Virus record (IMG/VR): IMGVR_UViG_3300042350_004528
Location: 124,001-188,000 of that record
Strand: one strand, 5' to 3'
DNA: 64,000 nucleotides
The notes below the pieces were generated by a model. It was not told where the DNA came from. It did no database searches and saw nothing but the letters and a program-made list of their open reading frames with translations. Positions within the stretch are counted from its first letter, which is position 1; each line of letters begins with the position of its first letter. Shown piece after piece: positions 1 through 10,544 of the stretch. Position numbers and translations under genes: made by a program.

Positions 1-309
1 AAAAACGGAAAACCAGACCATATGAAAGGATCTCACGATGATCTTATTATGGCTTTGGGTATGTGTTTATTCGTGGCTAACACATCATTTAAAAAGCTAC
101 AAGAGTCTGATAGTATGACAAAGGCTATGTTGGATAGTTGGAGAACAAATATTAATACAACTTCAACAAAAAGTAGCTATTTATTAGAAGATACAATAAA
201 ATCAGTACCAGATGAAGGTAGAGTCTACAATAAAAGAGAAGTAAATGACAATATTTTACAAAATACACGTGACTTTTCCTGGCTTTTTGGTAATATTAAT
301 AAAAGATAG
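1..309 (+). CDS. Terminase large subunit, C-terminal end (gene starts before window)
   Basis: Frame open from base 1 (KNGKPDHMKGSHDDLIMA). The HDDLIMA motif is typical of the C-terminal nuclease of T4 gp17-like terminases. Lies just upstream of the portal. Confidence 0.8.
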   Translation, partial: KNGKPDHMKGSHDDLIMALGMCLFVANTSFKKLQESDSMTKAMLDSWRTNINTTSTKSSYLLEDTIKSVPDEGRVYNKREVNDNILQNTRDFSWLFGNINKR

Positions 310-315
310 ATCATT

Positions 316-543
316 GTGGCTAATAAAAAAACAGTTATATCGAGAATAAATTCAATTGGCGCAATGCGTCAAAATATTACTGGTGTACAAGTAAATGATA
401 AAATTAGTGGTAGGGCGTTAAAAAAAGCATATTGCTCTATTGACAATGATAGTATAACCACTTATGTCCAAAAAAAAGAATGGGTTATAAGTTTAAACGA
501 TTACCTATTTCCACCTTATGTGGAATGTGAATATGTAGTATGA
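316..543 (+). CDS. Hypothetical protein (75 aa)
   Basis: GTG-start ORF tightly packed between terminase and portal. Confidence 0.6.
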   Translation: MANKKTVISRINSIGAMRQNITGVQVNDKISGRALKKAYCSIDNDSITTYVQKKEWVISLNDYLFPPYVECEYVV

Positions 544-544
544 T

Positions 545-2392
545 ATGGCAGAAAAATTAACAGTATTTCAAAGATTAGGTCGCGTGTTGGGATCACAAAG
601 TGGTGATCCAGCATATATTATCGACCCAAAATCCTTCGCTAATTTAGATGCGAAAGAATTAGAACAAAAAAAATTAGAGGCTCAACAAACCTACTATCTA
701 CAAAATCAGTGGAAAAAAATTGACAATGAGCTTTACCAAAAAGCTGTATATTATGAGCCAACAAGAATGGCTTCATATTTCGATTATGAAGCCATGGAGT
801 ATACACCAGAAATAGCAGCTGCGTTAGATATTTTTGCTGATGAGGCAACAACTTCAAACGAAAGTGGTAAAATTTTAAGCATTTATTCGGACAGTACCCG
901 AATTAAGAATGAATTAATTGACTTATTTGAAAATGTGTTGGATATCAATACAAACTTAACTTCGTGGGCTAGAAATTTATGTAAATACGGAGATAATTTT
1001 GTATATAACAAAATCGTACCCAAAAAAGGTATTGTTGGTTGTGTACAATTACCAAATATTGAAATTACAAGAACCGAGCCTGGCTTTGTTCCAGTTAGAA
1101 ACTTAGATCAGTACCAAGAAGAAAATGCGATTCAGTTTCATTGGAAAGATAAAAATATAGATTTTAATTCATTCGAAGTTTCGCACTTTAGATTATTAGG
1201 TGATGATAGAAAATTACCTTATGGTACATCAATGCTTGAGAAAGTTAGAAGGATCTGGAAACAATTATTACTATCTGAAGATGCAATGTTGGTTTACCGT
1301 GTTACCAGAGCCCCAGAAAGAAGAGTTTATAAAATCTTTGTTGGTAACATGGATGACAAAGACGTTGATGGTTATGTTGACAAGATTGCAAATAATTTTA
1401 AAAGGATTAATATCGTAAATTCACAAAATGGTCAACAAGATACTAGATATAATCCATTAGCTGTCGATCAAGACTATTTTATTCCAGTAAGAGACCCAGC
1501 ATTAACAATGCCAATTGAGACTCTTCCTGGCGCACAAAACTTATCGGAAATCGCGGACATCGAATACATCCAGAAAAAAATGTTAGCGGCTCTTAGAGTA
1601 CCTAAAGCATTTTTGGGGTTTGATGAGGCAACTGGTGAAGGTAAAAACTTAGCCATACTTGATATTCGTTTTGCTAGAGCGGTACATAGAATACAAAAAG
1701 CCCTTATTCAAGAGTTAAATAAGATGGCGATTATTCATCTTTACCTTAAAGGTTATGAAGATGATTTAAATAATTTCACATTATCGTTAACGACACCATC
1801 AACACAAGCAGACATCCTTAAAGTACAAAACTGGAAGGAAAAAATTCAGCTATATCGCGATGCGGTATCTGATGCTGGAAATGGGTATGGTGCGGTATCG
1901 ATGACATGGGCCAAAAAAGAAATACTCGGTATGTCAGAAGAAGATATCAAACTTGATATTCAAAGACAAGCTGTTGAGAAAGCTGGTGGTGAAGAAATTA
2001 AAATGTTGGCTGAAACAATTAAACAAACTGGTTTATTCAGGGAAATTTATAAAGCTTACAAGATTAATCCAGATAACATGACAGCTGGTGGCGCCACTGG
2101 GGCAGCTGGAGCTGAACCTGGTGCTGAATTAAGTACCGCTATCGGTGGTGGTGGCGGTGGTGCTGAAGGTGGTTTAGGTACCGACTTTACAGCACCATTG
2201 GAAACACCAGAAACGGGGGCTGAGGTTGGAGCTGAAGCTGGAACTGAAACGGAGGCTGGAGCTGAAACTGAAACCGCACCAGAAGAAACTTTAGCTGAAA
2301 GATCTAAAAGATACATGGATAAAAGACGTAGCAACATTACCGAAACCATAAATAAAAGTATCGCTGAGATAGATAAAATATTAAAAGACTAA
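545..2392 (+). CDS. Portal protein (T4 gp20-like)
   Basis: Motifs PEIAAALDIFADE, KQLLLSEDAMLVYRVTRAPERRVYKIFVGNM, DYFIP, IETLPGAQNL, ALRVPK. Acidic Gly/Ala-rich C-terminal extension. Confidence 0.95.
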   Translation: MAEKLTVFQRLGRVLGSQSGDPAYIIDPKSFANLDAKELEQKKLEAQQTYYLQNQWKKIDNELYQKAVYYEPTRMASYFDYEAMEYTPEIAAALDIFADEATTSNESGKILSIYSDSTRIKNELIDLFENVLDINTNLTSWARNLCKYGDNFVYNKIVPKKGIVGCVQLPNIEITRTEPGFVPVRNLDQYQEENAIQFHWKDKNIDFNSFEVSHFRLLGDDRKLPYGTSMLEKVRRIWKQLLLSEDAMLVYRVTRAPERRVYKIFVGNMDDKDVDGYVDKIANNFKRINIVNSQNGQQDTRYNPLAVDQDYFIPVRDPALTMPIETLPGAQNLSEIADIEYIQKKMLAALRVPKAFLGFDEATGEGKNLAILDIRFARAVHRIQKALIQELNKMAIIHLYLKGYEDDLNNFTLSLTTPSTQADILKVQNWKEKIQLYRDAVSDAGNGYGAVSMTWAKKEILGMSEEDIKLDIQRQAVEKAGGEEIKMLAETIKQTGLFREIYKAYKINPDNMTAGGATGAAGAEPGAELSTAIGGGGGGAEGGLGTDFTAPLETPETGAEVGAEAGTETEAGAETETAPEETLAERSKRYMDKRRSNITETINKSIAEIDKILKD

Positions 2393-2411
2393 ATTTAACC
2401 AATAATTCAAA

Positions 2412-2418
2412 TATTTAT
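2412..2418 (+). promoter_or_regulatory. Putative phage late promoter motif TATTTAT (one of about 22 copies; see findings)
   Basis: AATATTTATC 16 nt before the ATG at 2435. The same motif precedes most structural and tagged genes. Confidence 0.65.
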
Positions 2419-2434
2419 CTAAAAATAGAAAATC

Positions 2435-3151
2435 ATGTTTGGAGTTATAAAAGAAAATATTTTAAGTAAGTTGGAAAAAACTTACGCTAATGGTGATGTT
2501 TCTTCTTTTAAGAAAGAATTTAACCGTTACATTAAAACAATAAAGGAAAACAAAGACCTGAAAGAATTCTATGAGGTGTACGACTTATTCAAGCAAGTTA
2601 ATTTTGATGATATTGATGTTGCAAAAGAATTTGTAGAAGAATCTATTAGTTATCTGAAGCAATTTAATAAATCAGAAGTTGATAAATTAACTGAATTAAC
2701 TGAGACTAAACATAATTTGAATAAAAAAACGATCGAATTTAAATTAGACCAGTTAATTTTTAACGAAAATATTTCTTTAAAAGAAAAAGCGCAGTACAAA
2801 GTTGAGTTAATCAAACAAATAACTCAAAAAGAAAACGCAAAGATTGATTATAAAGATAGTTTTGAGGTACTACATAAAAAAATAAATGAGAACATTTCAA
2901 AATTAAGTAACGATCAAACACAAGCTCTTGAATTGTTCATTGAAAATGATACTAATAAGATTAACGATTTTTATCAAAACTTAATTAATAACACGGAAAC
3001 TATTGTCGAAGGTAAAATTTTAAATACTGAAAATTCTGATGTTATTAAAAAATTAGTTGAGGTTAAAAAAAGATTAAATTCTCTTAAAGCAGAAAACCCG
3101 ACTATAATTGAAATAGAAAAAATTATAAATCTTAAGGAATCGCTTAATTAA
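2435..3151 (+). CDS. Hypothetical helical protein in head module
   Basis: 238-aa Lys/Glu-rich ORF between portal and protease. Confidence 0.75.
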   Translation: MFGVIKENILSKLEKTYANGDVSSFKKEFNRYIKTIKENKDLKEFYEVYDLFKQVNFDDIDVAKEFVEESISYLKQFNKSEVDKLTELTETKHNLNKKTIEFKLDQLIFNENISLKEKAQYKVELIKQITQKENAKIDYKDSFEVLHKKINENISKLSNDQTQALELFIENDTNKINDFYQNLINNTETIVEGKILNTENSDVIKKLVEVKKRLNSLKAENPTIIEIEKIINLKESLN

Positions 3152-3225
3152 TTTGTTTTTATCGTAATTTTTGTTTATTATTATAGCGTTTATTAATAAT
3201 AAAATTAAAAAATTATGACAAAAAA

Positions 3226-3648
3226 ATGTTCAGTAAATTTGGCAAAGAGAAACAACTCTTTAAGAATGACTCCTTTAGGGTCAAGTATGGTACTATCGAT
3301 GCTTTAAAATTAAATGCGATATATGTTAATATCGAATCATGGGTTCAACCCAATGAACTAATAAATTTTGAATCAAATATACGATTGACCAGAAAAAATA
3401 TAATAAGCGAACTTAGGCAAAAAATTAATCAAGAATTATTTCATGAAAATTTCATCGTTGACTTGGATTTAAGATCATCGGGAATGATGTTAAATAAAAA
3501 AAGTTTTATGTTTATTGAGGTCACTGTATATCCGAAAAAATTTATAAAGTTTAATTCAGAACAACTAAAAAACGATATTAAAGATATTGCCGTTTCAGCT
3601 ATAAATGTTGTTCAAAAAAATAACTTTAACTTTTACTCAAAAAAATAA
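3226..3648 (+). CDS. Hypothetical protein
   Basis: 140-aa ORF, packed 3 nt before the next gene. Confidence 0.7.
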   Translation: MFSKFGKEKQLFKNDSFRVKYGTIDALKLNAIYVNIESWVQPNELINFESNIRLTRKNIISELRQKINQELFHENFIVDLDLRSSGMMLNKKSFMFIEVTVYPKKFIKFNSEQLKNDIKDIAVSAINVVQKNNFNFYSKK

Positions 3649-3651
3649 AAT

Positions 3652-4575
3652 ATGGATATGACAGAAGATTTTTTAGACGAGCTCCAAAATGAAGCCGACA
3701 AAGAACACATCAACAATATTTTACCTAAAGTCGAATCTTGGGTTACAATAGATAATAAAAATTTCTTTTTTAGCTTTAAGTGTATAGATACAATACCATC
3801 TGGTTTGTATTCTATGACATATAATGACCAACAAGGTTTCGGTGTCACTAATATGGAATACAAAAGTGAGGAATTTTTTCACCTACCATCATTACCACAC
3901 GATAAAATAATTGGAGATTTACAAAAATTTTGGGATAATAAAGATAAATTCACCAAATATAATTTAAACCCAAAACGTGGAATTATTTTGCATGGTCATC
4001 CAGGTTGTGGAAAAACATCATTAATATATTTGTTGATTGAGGAAATAAAGAAACGAAATGGCCTTTCAATTTATTTTGATGTCCCCGAAAATTGGGTCGA
4101 AATTGCCAGATTAATTAGAAAGGTTGAAAAAGAAAGACCTTTGTTATGTATCATTGAGGATATTGATTTAGTTATTGCAAAACACGGTGAGGAACCATTT
4201 TTAAATTTTCTTGATGGGCTTAATTCAATAAATAATGTTGTTTATGTGGCAACCACAAATAATATTGAAAAAATTCCAGACAGAATCAAAGATAGACCTT
4301 CTAGGTTCGATAAAAAATATGAAATAAAAAAACCAAATGATAGTGATAGGTTACTTTATTTCCAGACAAAATTATTAGAAGAGGATAAAAAGAAATACGA
4401 TCTAAAAAAATTGGTTAAGGATACAACAAACTTTACCATGGCTCATATTAAAGAAGTTTTTATTTCGCTATACATATTAGATAACCCATATGAAGAGGTT
4501 ATTTCAAGATTAAAGAAAAGTAAAATCACCGACAACCCTATTGGTTTTAACCTTAATGAAGATTATGACGCTTAA
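3652..4575 (+). CDS. AAA+ ATPase
   Basis: Walker A GHPGCGKT, Walker B CIIEDID, LNFLDG, ATTN sensor, DRPSRFD arginine finger. Confidence 0.92.
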   Translation: MDMTEDFLDELQNEADKEHINNILPKVESWVTIDNKNFFFSFKCIDTIPSGLYSMTYNDQQGFGVTNMEYKSEEFFHLPSLPHDKIIGDLQKFWDNKDKFTKYNLNPKRGIILHGHPGCGKTSLIYLLIEEIKKRNGLSIYFDVPENWVEIARLIRKVEKERPLLCIIEDIDLVIAKHGEEPFLNFLDGLNSINNVVYVATTNNIEKIPDRIKDRPSRFDKKYEIKKPNDSDRLLYFQTKLLEEDKKKYDLKKLVKDTTNFTMAHIKEVFISLYILDNPYEEVISRLKKSKITDNPIGFNLNEDYDA

Positions 4576-4622
4576 TGCGTGTTTTTAATTTACGTTAAGA
4601 TATTTATATTAAAGTTTAACCA

Positions 4623-5339
4623 ATGGCATTAAAAATTTTAAAAGAAAACGAAGAGGGTTTTGGTATAATCATTGACCATGATGCTGGATCAATCACAAGA
4701 GAAATTAACGAACAATTCTTAAACGAAAGTACGATTAGTGGTACTCTTGATTTAACAAAACCAATTATATACTATGCGACACTACAAAAATATGGTGTTG
4801 AGAATAGGAATGGTAGAATATATCCAGAGGATATTTTAAAGAAAGAGGTTGAAAGATATCGCGATGTTATAAGAAGAAACGCAAGCTTTCATGAATTAGA
4901 TCATCCACAAGAATCTGTTATATCATTAAAAGGCGGTTCACCGCATAGAATATTGGATATGTTCTGGGAAGGTAATGCGTTGATTGGTAAACTTGAGATA
5001 TTAGTATCTGATGGTTATAGAAAAAATGGCGTTATATCTTGTCATGGTGATTTAGTCGCTATGTACCTTTCATACGGTATGACACTTGGTATATCATCAA
5101 GGGGTATTGGCTCTCTTAAAAAAATTAATGGTAAAAATGTTGTTCAAAGTGATTTTGAACTTATTTGTTGGGATATAGTATCATCACCATCAACCCCAGG
5201 TTCTTATTTATACAAAAATCCTGAGGAATTTTCTAAATATGATGAGGTACTACCAGACACCGAACCACAAAAAATTATAACAACTAAAGAACCACAAGAT
5301 GAATTTTTGAGTAAATTAAGTTCATTTTTGGGTAAATAA
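4623..5339 (+). CDS. Prohead core protease (T4 gp21-like)
   Basis: NRNGRIYP, ELDHP, GISSRGIGS, WDIVSSPSTPGS motifs. TATTTAT at 4601-4607. Confidence 0.95.
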   Translation: MALKILKENEEGFGIIIDHDAGSITREINEQFLNESTISGTLDLTKPIIYYATLQKYGVENRNGRIYPEDILKKEVERYRDVIRRNASFHELDHPQESVISLKGGSPHRILDMFWEGNALIGKLEILVSDGYRKNGVISCHGDLVAMYLSYGMTLGISSRGIGSLKKINGKNVVQSDFELICWDIVSSPSTPGSYLYKNPEEFSKYDEVLPDTEPQKIITTKEPQDEFLSKLSSFLGK

Positions 5340-5391
5340 TTTGTTTTTATAAGTTTTTTTTACTATGATTGTATCAATAAAAAAAAGTAAT

Positions 5392-5631
5392 ATGGATAAA
5401 AATTTTTATTGGTACACTGTAACGGTACAGTTTGTTGTTGAAGATGAACAAACTGGTAAAATTAAAAAAGTAAAAGAAATTTACCTGGTTAAAGCTGTGT
5501 CTATCACGGACGCTGAAACACAAGTAGCTAAAGATCTGGACGGTACAATGTCAGATTACAGAATTTTAACTGCAACCGAATCAAAAATTATCAGGGTAAT
5601 TAAACCAGATGATGTTGAAATAAACGGATAA
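5392..5631 (+). CDS. DUF4494-like small protein
   Basis: WYTVTVQF...GKIKKVKEIYLVKAVSITDAE resembles the Bacteroidota DUF4494 family. ATG at 5392 preferred over 5365. Confidence 0.65.
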   Translation: MDKNFYWYTVTVQFVVEDEQTGKIKKVKEIYLVKAVSITDAETQVAKDLDGTMSDYRILTATESKIIRVIKPDDVEING

Positions 5632-5670
5632 AAAATTAAAATTTTTTTTTACTCATTAAAACCAATTACC

Positions 5671-5697
5671 AAACCCGCCCAAAAGGCGGGTTTTTTT
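5671..5697 (+). terminator. Intrinsic terminator
   Basis: AAACCCGCC-CAAAA-GGCGGGTTT followed by a T run. Confidence 0.85.
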
Positions 5698-5789
5698 ATT
5701 TTATTTATTAAGAATTACGAACTTTTGCAAAATGCTTGATATTTATTATTAGCATTATAGACAAAATAATTTTTTTAAAAAAAAATAAT

Positions 5790-7040
5790 ATGAGTAAAAC
5801 TAGCATTTTAGCCGAAACCCTAGCTGAGATACAAGAAATCAAAGAGGGTATTGAAAAGAACGCAAATCATGTTCTTAGAAGTACTTTAAAAGATGACTTG
5901 GAAGCAATCGTTAGAAAAGGCTTAAACGAAGCTGAAGAAGATATTCAGCCAAATGATATGGTTGGTGATGGTGATCCAGCCGATCAAGGAAGTGAAATTG
6001 CGAATCCAGAAGAAATGCCTTCTGATGAAACGGACATTGACCCAACTGCTGGTGTTGATGCTGGTGAAACAGAAGTGATTGATTTAACACAAGAACCTTT
6101 TGAAAAGGTTTCAGATGAGTTTGATCGCATGCAATTAACTGACGAGATCGAAATCGTTAAAACCCCAGAAGGTGGCATTCAAATTAACATTGAACCTACT
6201 GGTGCTGAAGCTGGCGCTGAAGAGATGCCCGCTGATGAACCAACTCCAGGTGAAGACGAAATTGTTGCCGCTGATGATTTAGGTGCTGAAGCTGGCGCTG
6301 AAGAGATGCCCGCTGATGAACCAACTCCAGGTGAAGATGATGAAACCATGAAAGAAAATGAAGTTGTGTATGAGATTGAAATTGCAGAAGATGCCGCAAT
6401 TTCTGAGACTACCGAGGAAGTTAAAGAAGAAGGAACCGAAGAGGTTAAAGAAACTACTGAGGAAGTTAAAGAAACTGTTGAAGAAACATTAACTCCAGAA
6501 AAAGAAATGGAAGAGGATGTTAAGCATGTTACAGCAAAAGCTCATATGAAGCACAACACAGAAGAGTTACATGAGAGTTTAGTGGCTACTAGAAAGAAGT
6601 TACAGGCTTTAATGACTGAAAATAAAATTAAGTCTCAAGAACTAGACAATGTTAACACTTTAGTTGAAGAGTTTAAAAATGCTGAGGTTGAATATAAATC
6701 AGCAATTAAAAATCTCAAAGGTCAATTACAAGAAGTTGCATTGTTCACATCAAACTTAACTTACGCTGTTAAATTAATGACTGAAAATTCAACTACTAAG
6801 GATGAAAAATTAGATATCCTTAAGAGATTTGATTCAGCTAAAACTTTGACAGAATCAAGAGAGGTTTTCAATAGTTTAGAATCGTTATTTAAAACAAGCA
6901 AAAACACGGTTGAAAAAACTATCGAAGAAAGAGTTCTTGAAACACCTAAGGCCAGTGGCGCTTCAAATTTAAATGAGTCCACAGCCTACAAGAATCCACA
7001 ACTCGAAAGAATGTTGGATATCATTGGAAAAATTAAATAA
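5790..7040 (+). CDS. Prohead scaffold/core protein (T4 gp22-like)
   Basis: Very acidic, coiled-coil C-terminal half, located between protease and capsid genes, many (L/I)xE sites. ATG at 5790 preferred. Confidence 0.75.
   Translation: MSKTSILAETLAEIQEIKEGIEKNANHVLRSTLKDDLEAIVRKGLNEAEEDIQPNDMVGDGDPADQGSEIANPEEMPSDETDIDPTAGVDAGETEVIDLTQEPFEKVSDEFDRMQLTDEIEIVKTPEGGIQINIEPTGAEAGAEEMPADEPTPGEDEIVAADDLGAEAGAEEMPADEPTPGEDDETMKENEVVYEIEIAEDAAISETTEEVKEEGTEEVKETTEEVKETVEETLTPEKEMEEDVKHVTAKAHMKHNTEELHESLVATRKKLQALMTENKIKSQELDNVNTLVEEFKNAEVEYKSAIKNLKGQLQEVALFTSNLTYAVKLMTENSTTKDEKLDILKRFDSAKTLTESREVFNSLESLFKTSKNTVEKTIEERVLETPKASGASNLNESTAYKNPQLERMLDIIGKIK
6201..6337 (+). repeat. 56-bp exact direct repeat inside scaffold gene (6201-6256 and 6282-6337)
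   Basis: Encodes GAEAGAEEMPADEPTPGED twice, 81 nt apart (in frame). Confidence 0.9.
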
Positions 7041-7073
7041 TAATAAAATTAAAAACTTAAAAAAATACTAAAA

Positions 7074-8660
7074 ATGGGTGCATTATTAGAATCAGGAAAA
7101 GTTGGTAACGTAAGTTTAAATCATTTAAAAACTGTACGTACTGACGTAATTAACAGATGGGACAGCTTAGGTCTTTTAGAAGGCTTAAATGGACATCGTA
7201 AAGAGAACATCGCTCAGTTGTTCGAAAACCAAGCTTCATACATGTTGAACGAAGCTACATCATTAGGTGTTGAAGGTTCTTTCGAAACTGTTGTGTTCCC
7301 TATCGTGAGAAGAGTATTCTCAAAATTATTAGCAAACGAAATCGTTTCTGTACAAGCTTTGAACTTACCTATCGGTAAATTGTTCTACTTCGTACCGAAA
7401 ATCGGTAGATCAGAATTTGGTAAATCAGGTGGCCCAGAAAGCAATGACCCAAGAAACCAAATGCAGATGGCTGAAGCTTTCAGTGCTAACAAGAATACAT
7501 ACGATGCTTTCTACGGAGAGGATGGTTTGTATGATAAATCAAAAGGTGAGGCTACAACAGCTACTGGTACAACTCATACCGCTAGCTTGTTTAAGTTCAG
7601 CACATCTGGTTTCGCGGTAAAAGCTGGTACCACAATTACATCTGGTACAACTGAAATCGTTAAAGTTACTTTAACTGGTGCTGGAAACTTCGAAAATGCT
7701 GAAGAATTCTTAAGCACAATGGCAGTTTCTTATACTGGTGGTACTTTGGATTATTATTTCCCATCTCAGAAATATGGTACACAGTTAATGGATGGTTCAG
7801 GTGTAACTTATATCGCAGTTGTTGCCCCAGATAACGACAACGTTGATTTGTCTGACATCACTGTAACTTACAAGACTTACGATTCATTAGAATTGTCTGA
7901 CTCAATGGGTGAAGTAAGCTTCGAACTTCAATCTGTAACCGTATCGGTTATCGAAAGAAAGTTAAGAGCACAATGGTCTCCAGAATTAGCTCAAGACGTG
8001 TCAGCGTTCCATAACATTGACGCGGAAGCTGAATTAACAGCTTTATTGTCTGAGCAAGTTGCTGCTGAGATCGACCGTGAGATCTTAAGAGACTTACGTA
8101 GAGGTGCTGCTTGGAGATTGTCATGGGATTACGCTGGTGTTACTGGCCGTGGTATCGACACAACCAACGCAGGTGCATTCTATACTCAAAAAGAATGGAA
8201 CCAAACCTTGATCACTGCGATCAATCAAGTTTCTGCTCAAATCCACAAAGCAACTCTTCGTGGTGGCGCAAACTGGATCGTATGTTCAGCTGAGGTTTCT
8301 GCAATTTTTGATGATTTAGAATACTTCCACGTATCTAACGCTGCTCCTGAGCAAGATAAATTCAACATGGGTATTGAAAGAGTGGGTTCACTTTCTGGTC
8401 GTTACCAGGTTTACCGTGATCCTTACTTCCCAGCTGACACAATCTTGATGGGACACAAAGGAACTTCATTGTTAGACACAGGTTACATTTACGCACCATA
8501 CGTGCCAATGCAATTAACCCCTACAATGTATAATCCGTTTACCTTCGCTCCAGTTAAAGGTATCATGACTCGTTACGCTAAGAAAATGGTTAACAACCGT
8601 TTCTATGGTGTGATCAAAGTTAAGAATATCGTTAGCTTCGGTATCGATGGTTTCAGATAA
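7074..8660 (+). CDS. Major capsid protein (T4 gp23-like)
   Basis: RKLRAQWSPELAQD, HNIDAEAEL, EIDREIL, GYIYAPYVP, PFTFAPVKGIMTRYA. Strongly biased codon usage. Confidence 0.97.
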   Translation: MGALLESGKVGNVSLNHLKTVRTDVINRWDSLGLLEGLNGHRKENIAQLFENQASYMLNEATSLGVEGSFETVVFPIVRRVFSKLLANEIVSVQALNLPIGKLFYFVPKIGRSEFGKSGGPESNDPRNQMQMAEAFSANKNTYDAFYGEDGLYDKSKGEATTATGTTHTASLFKFSTSGFAVKAGTTITSGTTEIVKVTLTGAGNFENAEEFLSTMAVSYTGGTLDYYFPSQKYGTQLMDGSGVTYIAVVAPDNDNVDLSDITVTYKTYDSLELSDSMGEVSFELQSVTVSVIERKLRAQWSPELAQDVSAFHNIDAEAELTALLSEQVAAEIDREILRDLRRGAAWRLSWDYAGVTGRGIDTTNAGAFYTQKEWNQTLITAINQVSAQIHKATLRGGANWIVCSAEVSAIFDDLEYFHVSNAAPEQDKFNMGIERVGSLSGRYQVYRDPYFPADTILMGHKGTSLLDTGYIYAPYVPMQLTPTMYNPFTFAPVKGIMTRYAKKMVNNRFYGVIKVKNIVSFGIDGFR

Positions 8661-8690
8661 TCGTAACTGAATAGGATAAACCTTAAATAG

Positions 8691-8719
8691 AAAAGGGACT
8701 CAATTGAGTCCCTTTTTTT
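8691..8719. terminator. Bidirectional intrinsic terminator
   Basis: Perfect palindrome AAAAGGGACTCAATTGAGTCCCTTTT between convergent genes. Confidence 0.9.
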
Positions 8720-9563
8720 ATTGATGGTATTTTTGTTTATAAAAATTTAAGAGATGTTCCTTGTCTTGTTTAAATGATTCCGTTATCAACTTTTTATTAT
8801 CCTTTGGTAAAAAATAATATTTTTGGCCTAGAGATTCAATTAGTTTAACAGCTGTTGTTAAACAAATATCAACATCAAGTATAGAAACATATTCACGTTT
8901 AGAGTGCATATTATAGTAACCAACAGAATAATTTACACAAGAAAAGTCATACAACGATTTTAACGCAGAAACATCTGTATACGGATGATAACCAAGACTT
9001 TTTATACCATACCCAGGTAAATTTGATTCAAAAATGGGATTAATTTTATCAAAAAATTCGCTATCGACAGCAAATAATCTAATACCATCAGAATAATGGC
9101 TCACCCAGTTATTAAATGGTGCATCAAATTGTATTGCATATCCCACATTTTCAAAAAATTCTGAGTCGGATAAATATGAACCTAAACAACCAACCTCTTC
9201 TGAAACAAAAAAAGCTGCTTTAATATTTTCAATACGATCTAATAATTCTAGACAAACGAATACACCAGCTTTATTATCCCCACCAATACCAGTTTGTTCA
9301 CCATATTTATTAATTGCTGTTAGTATAAAGTTATCCTCATGAACCGTAAACTCTTCCAAAGGATGTACGGTGTCAATATGTGCAACAACACAAGGAAAAT
9401 ACTCAGCATTACCCTTTACAGCGTAAATATTACCATATTTATCAACATAGTTCGGAATATTGCGTTCATTTAGTGCATTTACAATATAATCCCTCATTCT
9501 ATCTTCAGCACCATATACAGTTGGATTAGACAAGGTTTCAATTAGTCTATTTATATTAATCAT
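8718..9563 (-). CDS. M20/M28-family Zn-dependent peptidase
   Basis: AHIDTVH, GGDNKAG, SEEVG, QFD and a C-terminal YNMH metal-ligand pattern. Start moved to MININRL (9563), overlapping the upstream stop. Confidence 0.85.
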   Translation of the reverse strand: MININRLIETLSNPTVYGAEDRMRDYIVNALNERNIPNYVDKYGNIYAVKGNAEYFPCVVAHIDTVHPLEEFTVHEDNFILTAINKYGEQTGIGGDNKAGVFVCLELLDRIENIKAAFFVSEEVGCLGSYLSDSEFFENVGYAIQFDAPFNNWVSHYSDGIRLFAVDSEFFDKINPIFESNLPGYGIKSLGYHPYTDVSALKSLYDFSCVNYSVGYYNMHSKREYVSILDVDICLTTAVKLIESLGQKYYFLPKDNKKLITESFKQDKEHLLNFYKQKYHQ

Positions 9564-10092
9564 AAGAAAATTCGTTTTCAGCTTCAAAATTAACGATGCT
9601 ACTGGCATATCCGTTAACAACTGGTTTTCCCGTATTATACGCACCCAATGCAAGTTGCCATGACCCATATTTCTTTTTAAGATGGGATAATATACGCATA
9701 CTTAATTCAACATTAAGTTCTAAATTATTTAACAAATCAGTTTTTGTTACAGAGAAGTCAGAAAAACTATTTGCTGTTGGCACTTGGATTTGCATGGCGC
9801 CATAAGCATTTGCTGATGATGTTAACCTTGGATTATATCTCCAATGAAAAGGCCCTCTATAACCCGTTTCATGATTAGCAACACCAAATGCAATATCGGC
9901 TGGTACATTATATTGTTTTGAATATTTTACAATATAATAATAAATTTGAATAGACGGGGGAGCATCTTGTGATATCTCCCCCAATTTGTCTATTGATTTT
10001 TCAATCTTCTTTGTTTCCGCATACCAACCTAAAAAAAGTGTCAGCATTAATACAGATACAAACAAAACAATAAGTTTACTTAAAAATTTCAT
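9556..10092 (-). CDS. Lytic transglycosylase (SLT domain) with N-terminal membrane anchor
   Basis: Catalytic ET (NHETG), AYGAMQI, LALGAYNTG. Hydrophobic residues 7-24. Confidence 0.88.
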   Translation of the reverse strand: MKFLSKLIVLFVSVLMLTLFLGWYAETKKIEKSIDKLGEISQDAPPSIQIYYYIVKYSKQYNVPADIAFGVANHETGYRGPFHWRYNPRLTSSANAYGAMQIQVPTANSFSDFSVTKTDLLNNLELNVELSMRILSHLKKKYGSWQLALGAYNTGKPVVNGYASSIVNFEAENEFSYD

Positions 10093-10098
10093 AGTAAA

Positions 10099-10443
10099 TT
10101 ATTTAGTTATACCATCATGTTGCTTTACAAATAATTTGCTAGCATACATGTTAAAGATAACCATCCCAACAGAATCTTCGTATATCTTGTAAACCCCATT
10201 ATTTCGATCCATAATTAGAATTTGATTCTTTTCGTTGATCGCGATACTGGTTTCAGACATAGTTCTGATGTGCTTGAATTGGTTATTATCTTCCATTTTT
10301 TTAAACAAGGTGTTGTAGTAATAACCAACTACAAACCCAGCCCCGATAGCCATCAAAATAACTGATACGGCCCCGATTTTCTTCAAAGCATTACTAATGT
10401 ACGCTTTTACTTCTTCCATTTTGTTTTTTAATTCCATTTTCAT
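10099..10443 (-). CDS. Single-pass membrane protein
   Basis: TM segment AVSVILMAIGAGFVVGYYY. First gene of the peptidase/SLT operon. Confidence 0.7.
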   Translation of the reverse strand: MKMELKNKMEEVKAYISNALKKIGAVSVILMAIGAGFVVGYYYNTLFKKMEDNNQFKHIRTMSETSIAINEKNQILIMDRNNGVYKIYEDSVGMVIFNMYASKLFVKQHDGITK

Positions 10444-10497
10444 TTTTTTTTAAGTTAAACAAAAAACGTTAGAGCTTTTTTTAATCAAACTCTAACG

Positions 10498-10529
10498 CAA
10501 ATGTAAGGTTAATATTTTAAATAACCAAA
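10498..10529 (-). promoter_or_regulatory. Bacteroidota-type sigma70 promoter
   Basis: Minus strand TTTG-N20-TACATTTG matches the -33 TTTG / -7 TAnnTTTG consensus. Confidence 0.75.
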
Positions 10530-10544
10530 TTTTTCTGGAAATTT

